A stretch of 64,000 nucleotides of DNA from Parcubacteria group bacterium (GCA_041649615.1 JBAZMT010000001.1:90981-154980), one strand, 5' to 3'. Positions 50,117 to 58,525 are shown, counted from the stretch's first letter. Notes: generated by a model not told the origin, from the sequence alone. Numbers and translations are program-made.

Positions 50117-50118
50117 TT

Positions 50119-50136
50119 TCCACCACTTTTCCCCAC
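50119..50136 (-). promoter_or_regulatory. MraZ-binding direct repeats
   Basis: GTGGGGAAAA-GTGGTGGA with 10-nt period just upstream of the mraZ ATG. Confidence 0.6.
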
Positions 50137-50215
50137 TATACTAGAGAATTATATCCCTCTCCGCCAAAAAGGGTCAAAGGCGGGTTTTACAAGCTTTTTT
50201 CTGCAAAAAATGAAC

Positions 50216-50270
50216 TTATCCACAAATATGCTCGTTGTTCGGCGCGGTAGGCCGAAAAAACTGTGGAGAA
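50216..50270. promoter_or_regulatory. Pair of DnaA-box-like sites
   Basis: TTATCCACA 50216-50224; inverted TGTGGAGAA 50262-50270 (1 mismatch). Confidence 0.45.
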
Positions 50271-50279
50271 CTCAAAATC

Positions 50280-50309
50280 TGTAATTAGTGACGATCGTCA
50301 CTAATTACA
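50280..50309. repeat. Perfect 30-bp palindrome
   Basis: TGTAATTAGTGACGA|TCGTCACTAATTACA. Confidence 0.85.
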
Positions 50310-50313
50310 AAAA

Positions 50314-51462
50314 TCAAATAATCCCTTTTTTAATTTTTTTTCTTATCTCCGCAACGTAGTTGTTGAAGTAATGCACATTATGGAAGGTTAAAAACCGAAG
50401 TCCCGTGATTTCATGCACTCGGATAAGGTGGGAAAGATACCCTTTCGTATGAGAATTGCAAACGAAGCAATTGCAAGCGGGGTCAAGCGGTTCTTTGGAC
50501 GCTTTTCCTTCCAGATATTTGGTTTTAGTCAAATCAATTTTACCCTTGGAAGTAAAAGCGTTTCCGTGGCGGGCGTAATGAGTCGGAACCGTACAATCAA
50601 AAGTATCCACTCCCGCAGCGGCAATGAGAGCCATATCTTCAAGAAAACCGATTCCCAAAAGATGGCGAGGTTTGTCATCGGGGAGTTCTTTCGTCGTCCA
50701 ACCGATGATGTCCGCCATTTTCTTTTTATCGGATCCGTATTCCCCTCCTATGCCGAATCCGTCAAAAGGACGAGAACCGATGAATTTGGCGCTTTCGCTT
50801 CGCAGACTCTCGTATTTTCCTCCCTGGACTATTCCGAAAAGCGCTTGATTGCTCTTTTTGGCCTTGAGACAAGCGTCCGCCCAACGGTGAGTTTTCTTTA
50901 GCGATTCAGCCGTATATTCCAGGCTCGCGGTCGGAACGGTAGCTTCATCAAAGGCAAAAATAATATCCGCGCCTATATTCTCTTGTATTTTTATGGACTC
51001 TTTCGGCCCCATAAAAATTTTCTTTCCGTCCACATAGGAAGTGAATTCCACGCCATCGTCCGTGATTTTTAAAAGTCTCGGTTGAGCTCCTTTGATTATC
51101 ACCTCTTCCGAATCGTGTTTCATGATTTTGCTCACGCCGTAGTCGTGGCCGAAACCGAGGCTTAAAACCTGAAATCCGCCGGAATCCGTCATTACGGGAA
51201 CTTTAATGCCCGAAAATTTGTGTATTCCCCCGTTATTTTTAACAAGTCTTTCTCCGGGCTTAAGATGCAGGTGATAAGTGTTCGCGATAACCATTTGCGT
51301 ACCCGTGGGAATAATTTCCTCGGGAGAAAGCGTTTTAATGGTCGCCTGGGTCGCCACCGGAACGAAACAGGGAGTTTCCACCTCACCGTGCGGAGTTTTA
51401 AGAACGCCCAGGCGGGCGTTCGTTTTTTTTGATTTCTTTAATATCTTAAAACTTATCATCAC
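50314..51462 (-). CDS. tgt: tRNA-guanine transglycosylase
   Basis: ANTYHL, TDSGGFQ, GIVQGG, DTFDC, CNCFVC, HN. Confidence 0.95.
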   Translation of the reverse strand: MMISFKILKKSKKTNARLGVLKTPHGEVETPCFVPVATQATIKTLSPEEIIPTGTQMVIANTYHLHLKPGERLVKNNGGIHKFSGIKVPVMTDSGGFQVLSLGFGHDYGVSKIMKHDSEEVIIKGAQPRLLKITDDGVEFTSYVDGKKIFMGPKESIKIQENIGADIIFAFDEATVPTASLEYTAESLKKTHRWADACLKAKKSNQALFGIVQGGKYESLRSESAKFIGSRPFDGFGIGGEYGSDKKKMADIIGWTTKELPDDKPRHLLGIGFLEDMALIAAAGVDTFDCTVPTHYARHGNAFTSKGKIDLTKTKYLEGKASKEPLDPACNCFVCNSHTKGYLSHLIRVHEITGLRFLTFHNVHYFNNYVAEIRKKIKKGII

Positions 51463-52358
51463 TCCTTAAACACTCCTTCAAGCGAAGGAACAACCGTCTT
51501 TTTGCGGGAGATGATTTTGTCAAAATGGAAAGTATCTCCTTTTTCCGCTTGCATGCCGAACGCCAGTTGTATCTTTTCCCTGTCTCCCGCGAAGTACAAA
51601 AGACTTTTTTCGCCAATTATGTCTATAGCCATAAAGAGAGCCGCTTCGCGTCCGTCGCGCTTTATTTCGTTCAAGCGCGCGATGATTTCGTCTTTCATGT
51701 TTTCTATGTCCGACAAATCGATTACTTCCACGTTGCCAATGCCGATTTTATATCCGTTCATGTCAAAATCTTTGAAATCGGCGCTGATAATAGCTTCCGC
51801 TGACGTTCCCGAGATGTCCGTTCCGGCGCGTTTAATTTCCATGCCAAATTCATTCACGTCTTTAACTCCCGCGATCAGCGCAAGATCGGCGGCAATCGCT
51901 TTGTCTTCATCTGTCGTGGTGGGCGATTTGAAAATAATCGTATCAGCAAGAATTCCCGCAAGCAAAAGTTCCGCGAGACGCGGATTTTTCTTTATTTCGC
52001 CCATATAAGTCTTTGCGATAATGGAGCAGGTTGAACCCAGAGTCTCCACGTGAAAGAAAACCGGTTCGGAAGAAGAAAAATTTATTTTGTGATGATCCAG
52101 GACTCCAATGATTTTCGCTTTTTCCCATCCGGCAGCCATTTGATTATTCTCGTTATGATCAACGAGAAATACTTCTTTCCCGGAAATATCGGTAATGATT
52201 TCGGGAGTGGGAACGTTGAGTTTGCTTAAAACGAAGGTTGTTTCCTTATTAATATTTCCAGAAACGGCGGGTTTATAGCCTATAAGTTCCGCGGTCGCGA
52301 TCGCCGAAGTTACGCTGTCGGTGTCGGGATTTTTGTGGCCGATTACGTAAGTGTCCAT
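51459..52358 (-). CDS. ppaC: Mn-dependent inorganic pyrophosphatase (family II, DHH)
   Basis: GHKNPDTDS, LVDHN, DHH, SRKK. Confidence 0.93.
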   Translation of the reverse strand: MDTYVIGHKNPDTDSVTSAIATAELIGYKPAVSGNINKETTFVLSKLNVPTPEIITDISGKEVFLVDHNENNQMAAGWEKAKIIGVLDHHKINFSSSEPVFFHVETLGSTCSIIAKTYMGEIKKNPRLAELLLAGILADTIIFKSPTTTDEDKAIAADLALIAGVKDVNEFGMEIKRAGTDISGTSAEAIISADFKDFDMNGYKIGIGNVEVIDLSDIENMKDEIIARLNEIKRDGREAALFMAIDIIGEKSLLYFAGDREKIQLAFGMQAEKGDTFHFDKIISRKKTVVPSLEGVFKE

Positions 52359-52392
52359 ATTACCTGTATATTAAGTCTTTGAGGAACCCGTT

Positions 52393-53103
52393 TCAAGAAA
52401 CCTTGATGTATTTCGTCCACCGGTCATAAAGGTCTTTTGTCGCCATAACGTCGCCCAAGTTATATCTCGCGATTTCCGCAAATTTTCCTTCTCTAAAGAG
52501 TTTGCTTACCTCGTCCCCTTTTACTTCGCCTTCTTTCGGACTTTTAATGCCGAGTGCACGGCACCACATATGAAGGCTTCCGTGGGCAAATCGCGAAGCG
52601 CCATAGAAGGAAAGTTGATCGTAGAGATCCGTGTGTCTTACCGTCCCAAATCGGCCGTAGCGATCGGCCATAAGATCAACCGTCGGACGAATGCCTTTGA
52701 TGGCCGAGCGAACGATTAAAAAAGGAGCGTCAAATCCGCGACTGTTGAAACCGATGAATTCGGAAGCGTTTGCGGCAAGTTCCCAAAATCGGTTAATCAT
52801 ATCCGCCTCGGACATAGGAACAAACTTTATGCCGTTTTCCTCCGTTTCTGGAATATCCGCGCCGGGCGCTTGAAAATATACGGCTCCTTTCATTGAATCG
52901 GCGTCTAAAACGCCGATCACGACGATTTCACCGGTTAAAGGAGATAAGGCGAATCCCGATTCCAAATCGTTTACCAATTCGCCAAATTTTTCCTCGTCAT
53001 CGGCTTCTTTACGGGCCCGTTTCGCGATTAGTTCTCTCGTCGTCTCATCCATTTCGGCGAATTTTTCACCGATAGTCTCAATGTCAAAAACAAGTCTAGC
53101 CAT
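52393..53103 (-). CDS. Stand-alone PolB-type 3'-5' exonuclease (RNase H-like)
   Basis: FDIET, GFNSRGFDAPFL, HTDL, YNLGDV (DEDDy). Confidence 0.82.
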   Translation of the reverse strand: MARLVFDIETIGEKFAEMDETTRELIAKRARKEADDEEKFGELVNDLESGFALSPLTGEIVVIGVLDADSMKGAVYFQAPGADIPETEENGIKFVPMSEADMINRFWELAANASEFIGFNSRGFDAPFLIVRSAIKGIRPTVDLMADRYGRFGTVRHTDLYDQLSFYGASRFAHGSLHMWCRALGIKSPKEGEVKGDEVSKLFREGKFAEIARYNLGDVMATKDLYDRWTKYIKVS

Positions 53104-53138
53104 TATTTAATGATAAGCGCAAAACGCAAAACGCAAAA

Positions 53139-54401
53139 TTAGGGTTGCTTTCTGCGTTCTTTGTAGTATTTTCTGCCTTTGAGTTTTTCGGGCAGATAGT
53201 CTTGCTCTACTTTCCCCGTAAAATTCGGATTGTATTTGTAGTTTTTTCCGAAGCCTAACTCCTGCATCAATTTCGTGGGGGCGTTTCTTAAATGCAGAGG
53301 AACCGGTTCGTTCGGAAGTTCTCTGATGTCTCTTTGCACTTCGCCGTAGGCGGTATACAAGGCATTGCTCTTGGGACATTTCGCCATGTAAACGACCGCT
53401 TGAGCCAAAGCCAGGGTGCATTCGGGCATGCCGATATATTGGCAAGCGGTATAAGCGGAGACGGCTTGAGTCAGAGCCGCCGGATTGGCGATGCCGATGT
53501 CTTCAGAAGCAAAACGAATTATGCGGCGAGCGACATATAAAGGATCTTCTCCCGCTTCAAGCATGCGTCCCAGCCAATAAAGGCTCGCATTCTCATCCGA
53601 ACCACGCATGGATTTATGCAAAGCCGAAATGATGTTGTAGTGTTCCTCTCCCGCGCGATCGTAGAGCAAATGACTTTTTTGAAAAGCCTCTTTTACCAGA
53701 TCGGTATTGATCTTAATAACTTTTTTTCCGTTAGGCTTCGCCGATTTAACGGCAAGTTCCAAGGCGTTTAAGGCCGAGCGGGCGTCACCCGAGGCCATCG
53801 TCCCCAAAAAATCAACGCTCTCATCGCTTATATCAATTTTTAAATTGCCTAATCCTTTTTCCTTATCGGCTAGGGCGCGGCGAATGATTTTTACGATGTC
53901 TTTTTCTCCCAGGGCGGACAATACGAAAACGCGGCAACGAGAAAGGAGCGCCGAATTAACTTCAAAGGAAGGATTTTCGGTCGTGGCGCCTATGAGCGTA
54001 ATCGTTCCTTTTTCCACGAATGGCAGAAAAGCGTCTTGCTGAGATTTATTGAACCGGTGTATTTCATCAATAAAAAATATCGTTCTTTTCTTATGGAGTC
54101 TCAATCTTTCGTCCGCTTCGGCGATGATCGCCCGCGCTTCTTTTACGCTTCCGCCCGTTGCGGATATTTCGGTAAAGAAAGAACTTGTCATTTTAGCGAT
54201 GATTTTCGCGAGAGTCGTCTTACCGCATCCGGGAGGACCCCAAAAAATCATGGAAGGAATTTCGTCCCGTTCAATCGCCGCCCGAAGCATTTTCTTCTGC
54301 CCCACGAGATTTTCTTGTCCAAAAAAGTCTTCTAGTCGTTCGGGACGCATTTTATCCGCGAGCGGGGCGGCCGTTTTTAAGTTTTCCTCAAAAAGATCCA
54401 T
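53139..54401 (-). CDS. rarA: Replication-associated recombination protein A
   Basis: PLADKMRP, GPPGCGKT, DEIHRF, ISALHKSMRGSD, VPLHLRNAPT. Confidence 0.96.
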   Translation of the reverse strand: MDLFEENLKTAAPLADKMRPERLEDFFGQENLVGQKKMLRAAIERDEIPSMIFWGPPGCGKTTLAKIIAKMTSSFFTEISATGGSVKEARAIIAEADERLRLHKKRTIFFIDEIHRFNKSQQDAFLPFVEKGTITLIGATTENPSFEVNSALLSRCRVFVLSALGEKDIVKIIRRALADKEKGLGNLKIDISDESVDFLGTMASGDARSALNALELAVKSAKPNGKKVIKINTDLVKEAFQKSHLLYDRAGEEHYNIISALHKSMRGSDENASLYWLGRMLEAGEDPLYVARRIIRFASEDIGIANPAALTQAVSAYTACQYIGMPECTLALAQAVVYMAKCPKSNALYTAYGEVQRDIRELPNEPVPLHLRNAPTKLMQELGFGKNYKYNPNFTGKVEQDYLPEKLKGRKYYKERRKQP

Positions 54402-54445
54402 ATGGCCCTCATTTTAGTCTCCTAAAGCACTAATAAAAAGCCGCC

Positions 54446-54706
54446 TTAAGCGGGCAGTTCTGTCTTTATACGGTATTTGCGGCCATGTTTGACTTCCCCG
54501 TCTATTAAATATGCGGGCTTGTTCTGTCTGTTCGTCACAGGGCCGGTAGAAGAAAAGTGCAGCCGACCACAAGTGTCGCATGCATAGGCAAATGCGGCAG
54601 ACTGGCATCCTGTCCTCAAAGTCGTTCGGTTTTTTATATCGGCCACGTTCACATGCCCCAAGCATCCTTTTTCGGCGTAATTGAAAGTCTTCTCGTTCGC
54701 TTCCAC
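54446..54706 (-). CDS. Small Cys-rich orphan (GTG start)
   Basis: GAGGAGG SD; YACDTCGRLH. Confidence 0.65.
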   Translation of the reverse strand: MEANEKTFNYAEKGCLGHVNVADIKNRTTLRTGCQSAAFAYACDTCGRLHFSSTGPVTNRQNKPAYLIDGEVKHGRKYRIKTELPA

Positions 54707-54788
54707 CTTATTTTCCTCCTCAAAAATTTAGAAATATGCTGTAGCCTTGATACCATATTTTGACTTGAACGTCAAATAAAAAGACCGT

Positions 54789-55073
54789 CTAATGACGGTC
54801 ATAAGGGTGGGAACGAGAGACTCTGTTCGCTGATCTCTCAGAGGGATACATGGTAACCGTACCGCTTTTTTTGCGGGCAAGTCTTTCTTGACTATCTACG
54901 TTTTCTTCCGCTCCATGAGCTTTCGCTCCATCCTCGCGATACAATTGTCCGCACTTGGGATTGGGACAAATGTAGAGCGTCTCTTTGTCCATACACCCTC
55001 TGAAGCAGATGGTCTTCTTTACTTTTGCGGTATCTATCTTGGTTCCGCATTCGGTGCACTTAAATTTGGACAT
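54789..55073 (-). CDS. Small zinc-ribbon orphan
   Basis: AAAGGAGG SD; CTEC...CPNPKC. Confidence 0.68.
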   Translation of the reverse strand: MSKFKCTECGTKIDTAKVKKTICFRGCMDKETLYICPNPKCGQLYREDGAKAHGAEENVDSQERLARKKSGTVTMYPSERSANRVSRSHPYDRH

Positions 55074-55116
55074 TAAGCTCGCCTCCTTTCCCTGATTTGG
55101 AATGTACTTAACCTTT

Positions 55117-55320
55117 CTAGTCTATTTTATTCAAATCAGCAAGAATAGAAGGAAGGTCAAGTCCGTAAGTTTCGGCAATCATGCCGAGAGTGAGTTTATC
55201 CATTTCCATCGCCGCCATAGGGCACGTGGGACAAGGAACACCGTGTTTAACGAGTTTTTCCGCATTGCCCGCGTCGCTTACAATTTCTCCCAAAACCGAG
55301 TTTTCCGAAAAATTTGCCAT
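55117..55320 (-). CDS. DUF1858-like small protein
   Basis: LVKHGVPCPTCPMAAME..TLGMIAETYGLD...LLxDLN-type pattern. Confidence 0.7.
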   Translation of the reverse strand: MANFSENSVLGEIVSDAGNAEKLVKHGVPCPTCPMAAMEMDKLTLGMIAETYGLDLPSILADLNKID

Positions 55321-55384
55321 AACTTTTTTTATCAAATTAAGACGCTCGCGTAAAGCCAGATAATGATATATTATTGCCACGTTA

Positions 55385-55457
55385 GGGCGCTTAGCTCAGT
55401 GGTTAGAGCGTTCCGTTCACATCGGAGAGGCCACTGGTCCGATTCCAGTAGCGCCCA
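55385..55457 (+). tRNA. tRNA-Val(CAC)
   Basis: GGGCGCT/AGCGCCC acceptor, loop TTCACAT, T-loop TCCGATT. Confidence 0.88.
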
Positions 55458-55468
55458 CAAAAAGAATA

Positions 55469-55867
55469 ATGGATACTAAGCAAAAAGCTCTCATCGTTCC
55501 CATTAATTCACGCCGACAAATCTTTATTCAAGACAGGCGCGGATATAAAAAACCCGATTGGGGATTTTTCGGCGGAACAATTGAGAAAGAAGAAACTCCC
55601 ATTAAAACCGTCATTCGTGAAGCAAAAGAAGAATTGCAGATTGACGTTTATGATAATGAATTAATTGACATGGGTGTTTTTGAAACTGTTTGGGATGGAC
55701 AAAAAATAATGCGGTATATGTTCTTATATCCAACCGAACAAACAGAATTTAGTGTTTTAGAAGGCAAAGGCGGAGTATGGTTCACTCTTGAAGAAGCGCG
55801 CGAACATCTGGATATAGGAGAAAGATTTGATGCAATTTTAGAAAAAATTGAGGGAGTGTTGCCTTAA
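55469..55867 (+). CDS. NUDIX hydrolase
   Basis: GGTIEKEETPIKTVIREAKEEL Nudix box. Confidence 0.88.
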   Translation: MDTKQKALIVPINSRRQIFIQDRRGYKKPDWGFFGGTIEKEETPIKTVIREAKEELQIDVYDNELIDMGVFETVWDGQKIMRYMFLYPTEQTEFSVLEGKGGVWFTLEEAREHLDIGERFDAILEKIEGVLP

Positions 55868-55869
55868 AC

Positions 55870-55912
55870 AAAATCTGCCTGTACTGACAATTTGTCAGTA
55901 CAGGCAGATTTT
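55870..55912. terminator. Long bidirectional terminator (21-bp arms)
   Basis: AAAATCTGCCTGTACTGACAA-T-TTGTCAGTACAGGCAGATTTT between convergent genes. Confidence 0.8.
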
Positions 55913-55924
55913 TATGACAGAAAA

Positions 55925-56293
55925 TTACTGAAGTTCTACGGTAGCGCCGGCTTCGGTAAGCTGCGCTTTTAAGGCTTCCGCGTCTTCTTTCTTCAATCCT
56001 TCTTTCACCACTTTCGGGGCTCCGTCGACCAAATCTTTCGCTTCTTTAAGTCCCAAACCAGTTACTTCTTTAACGACTTTGATAACGTTAATCTTCTGAT
56101 CTCCGGCGGCGGTAAGCATTACGTTCCAAGAATCTTTTTCTTCGGCCGCAGCGGCTCCCGCTCCGGCTCCCGCAAAGACACTAGCAGCACTAGCGGAAAC
56201 GCCGAATTTCTCTTCAAGCGCTTTAATGAGTTCGGCTAACTCCGCAACGGACAATGTTTCAATTTTAGAGATTATATCTTCAAATTTTTCCAT
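55925..56293 (-). CDS. rplL: 50S ribosomal protein bL12
   Basis: [27 protein letters not shown]. Confidence 0.97.
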   Translation of the reverse strand: MEKFEDIISKIETLSVAELAELIKALEEKFGVSASAASVFAGAGAGAAAAEEKDSWNVMLTAAGDQKINVIKVVKEVTGLGLKEAKDLVDGAPKVVKEGLKKEDAEALKAQLTEAGATVELQ

Positions 56294-56301
56294 TTTATTC
56301 G

Positions 56302-56781
56302 TTATGCGATTTTTGACGCCCTTTCTTTAAGCACAAACATAAATGACCTTATGGGAGATGCAATCATACCAACCAACTGACCTAGCAATACTTTTCTTGA
56401 AGGTAGTTGCCCCAGCATAATCACTTCTTCCGCCGGAACGAATCTTTTCTCGTTTATGTCGTATCCACCCAATATTTTGGCGCTGGCGAATTTATACGCC
56501 GGTCCCGCCATAGTGAATATTTCATCTCCCGAAAAAATCGTTCCAACTTGAGAATCAAACATTTCAGGATTGAAATCCAATCCGGCTTCGTTCATAGCAA
56601 CTCTTAAAAGTCTTTTCTTTATGACTTTGAGTTCTCCTCCCACGGCGCGGATGGTTTTTCTGAAATTGTTCAAATCTCCGGTTTTAACTCCGGTAAAGTC
56701 TATGAAAACGATCGAATGACTGTTTTTCAAGTCACCACTCTCGTTTTTTATTATTTCTTTCTTTTGATCTTTTGTAAGCAT
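56302..56781 (-). CDS. rplJ: 50S ribosomal protein uL10
   Basis: [17 protein letters not shown]; upstream of rplL. Confidence 0.92.
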   Translation of the reverse strand: MLTKDQKKEIIKNESGDLKNSHSIVFIDFTGVKTGDLNNFRKTIRAVGGELKVIKKRLLRVAMNEAGLDFNPEMFDSQVGTIFSGDEIFTMAGPAYKFASAKILGGYDINEKRFVPAEEVIMLGQLPSRKVLLGQLVGMIASPIRSFMFVLKERASKIA

Positions 56782-56829
56782 AGGACGCTTGTTTTTACGA
56801 CCTTTAGGCACCGCGCTTCGGTTTCACGC

Positions 56830-56930
56830 AAATAAAAAACCGCGGAAACCGCAGCAGGAGTAGAATTATATCCTCCGGAGGGCGCCTTACGGCATTAGTC
56901 CTTTTCAGGAACCCAACCTTCTGCGGATGC
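56830..56930 (-). promoter_or_regulatory. L10 leader-like autoregulatory RNA with terminator
   Basis: CCGCAGAAGGTTGGG...CTAAT...CCCTCCGGAGG pattern followed by GCGGTTTCCGCGGTTTTTT upstream of rplJ. Confidence 0.65.
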
Positions 56931-56962
56931 TAAAGCCATACTACGTAAAAAGGCTCACTGTG

Positions 56963-57592
56963 TCAATCGGAAATAAGAGGTACAAATGAGAAGCCCGGGT
57001 ATTCCTTAACGTCAAATTCCGAACCTGAAATCTTATCGGCGACAACAAGCCTTTCCGAGATCGGCATGACAATCCGTCCTCCGACCGCAAGCGTGTTTTT
57101 CCAAGATTCGGGAACATTGTCATATTCGGCCGCGGAAACGATTTTATCAAAAACCGGCCACGAAGGATCAATATTCAAGGCGTTACCGCTAATCGCTTCC
57201 ACTGTGCCTTTGGAAATAAGACCGAATTTTTCCAAATTCAATTTGGCCGTATCGGCGAGATCTTTGACGCGTTCAACCGTAATGACTTTTCCTTCGGGAG
57301 CAACGATATTTGCGATAAGCGCCGCCTGCCAGCCGGAGCCGGTACCGACGTCAAGAATTTCATCCCCTCTTTGCGGATTTAAGAGATTTAAAATAAAGGC
57401 GACCGTGAACGGCTGGGAAATCGTCTGATCGTATCCTATGGGTAGAGGTCTATCCTCCCCCGCAAAAGATTTTTGATCTTCGGGCAAAAATTTTGAACGA
57501 TCAGTTTCCCGAAACGCCCGTTCTAGTTCCGGCGATTTGATATAACCTTGGAGAACGAGCTTGTTTACCAGATTTTCGTATTCGCTGTCCAC
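56963..57592 (-). CDS. pcm: Protein-L-isoaspartate O-methyltransferase
   Basis: QTISQP, LDVGTGSGW, GGRIVMP, FVPL. Confidence 0.92.
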   Translation of the reverse strand: MDSEYENLVNKLVLQGYIKSPELERAFRETDRSKFLPEDQKSFAGEDRPLPIGYDQTISQPFTVAFILNLLNPQRGDEILDVGTGSGWQAALIANIVAPEGKVITVERVKDLADTAKLNLEKFGLISKGTVEAISGNALNIDPSWPVFDKIVSAAEYDNVPESWKNTLAVGGRIVMPISERLVVADKISGSEFDVKEYPGFSFVPLISD

Positions 57593-57603
57593 GAGCGATT
57601 TTG

Positions 57604-57774
57604 TTATTTGCCCGATTCTTTGTGGGCCGTGCGCTTTTTGCAGTGAGCGCAGAACTTTAAAAGATTAAGTTTTCCTTCGGCGGTTTTCTTGTTTTTGCGG
57701 GTGTAATAATTCACCCGTCCGCATTCGGAGCACTTAAGCCTGATTAAATTTTCGGAATATTTGGACTTGGCCAT
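57604..57774 (-). CDS. rpmG: 50S ribosomal protein bL33 (Zn type)
   Basis: Not in the ORF track; MAKSKYSENLIRLKCSECGRVNYYTRKNKK...KFCAHCKKRTAHKE. Confidence 0.92.
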   Translation of the reverse strand: MAKSKYSENLIRLKCSECGRVNYYTRKNKKTAEGKLNLLKFCAHCKKRTAHKESGK

Positions 57775-57851
57775 TCGGAGTTCAATTTAGCTATTTTAGG
57801 CGAATTTTGCAAGATTTAACGTATTTGAGATATTATCGGAAGTGTTAAAGT

Positions 57852-57923
57852 GCCACCTTAGCTCAGCGGCAGAGCAACACTTTTGTAAAGTGTGGGTCCT
57901 CGGTTCAAATCCGAGAGGTGGCT
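57852..57923 (+). tRNA. tRNA-Thr(TGT)
   Basis: ACACT-TTTGTAA-AGTGT; CTCGG-TTCAAAT-CCGAG. Confidence 0.92.
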
Positions 57924-57928
57924 CACGA

Positions 57929-58095
57929 GGATTTGAACGTCGAGTGGGGTCGGGAGAACGCTTTAAGCGGTCTCCCGTGTAGGAAGATATTAGAAACCGA
58001 GGGTTTCTAAAGCAAAGCGAATCCGTTTCCGCCAATCGACGGGTAGCGGAAACGGGGGCGGATGAGCGAGCAGTGAAAATCCGAGAGGTGGCTCA
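57929..58095 (+). repeat. tRNA-linked structured element, full copy after tRNA-Thr(TGT)
   Basis: GGATTTGAAC anti-T-arm, core nearly identical to 46220-46298, extra CCGTTTCCGC/GCGGAAACGG hairpin, exact 19-nt copy of the tRNA 3' end at 58077-58095. Confidence 0.85.
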
Positions 58096-58141
58096 AAATT
58101 CTTGTCATCTTTGCTTAAATACGGCTAAAATGACGAAGCTA

Positions 58142-58213
58142 GCCAAAGTAGTTCAGTGGTAGAACGCCTTCTTGGTAAGAAGGAGGTCGTGGGTCCGATT
58201 CCCACCTTTGGCT
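58142..58213 (+). tRNA. tRNA-Thr(GGT)
   Basis: CCTTC-TTGGTAA-GAAGG; T-loop TCCGATT. Confidence 0.9.
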
Positions 58214-58273
58214 CAAGGAGCGCTTTGCGATGACGAGTTAGTTTGTTTAAAATAGTAGGCGTTCCGACATTAC

Positions 58274-58359
58274 GCACAGGTGGTAGAGCGGTCAATTACA
58301 ACAGACTGTAAATCTGTCGCCTTCGGGCTACGCAGGTTCGAATCCTGCCCTGTGCACCA
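58274..58359 (+). tRNA. tRNA-Tyr(GTA)
   Basis: ACAGA-CTGTAAA-TCTGT, long variable arm, encoded CCA. Confidence 0.93.
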
Positions 58360-58391
58360 TATCCCGCTTGCGGGATATTTTTGTTTAGAAG

Positions 58392-58525
58392 AGGATTCGA
58401 ACGTTCAAGGGGGTCGGGGAAATCTTCTAAAGATTTCCCCGTGTAGGAGAATATTAAGAACCGAGGGTTCTTAAAGAGGAGCAAGTGAAGACGAGTGAGC
58501 AGTGAAATTTCTCCCCTGTGCACCA
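58392..58525 (+). repeat. tRNA-linked structured element, diverged copy after tRNA-Tyr
   Basis: AGGATTCGAAC anti-T-arm, covarying hairpins, CCCTGTGCACCA copy of the tRNA 3' end at 58514-58525. Confidence 0.85.

Noticed and set aside
50140-50313. Possible replication origin (DnaA boxes, AT-rich)
   Set aside because: Only two boxes, no dnaA/dnaN nearby, and no switch in gene orientation across the site
57929-58095. Element as a group I intron, tmRNA or SRP RNA
   Set aside because: The upstream tRNAs are already complete; no recognisable intron core, tag ORF or SRP domain IV motif
46212-58525. tRNA-linked repeats as a CRISPR array or as prophage attL/attR
   Set aside because: Copies are dispersed with no repeat-spacer periodicity or cas genes; each duplication encloses under 200 bp and no integrase
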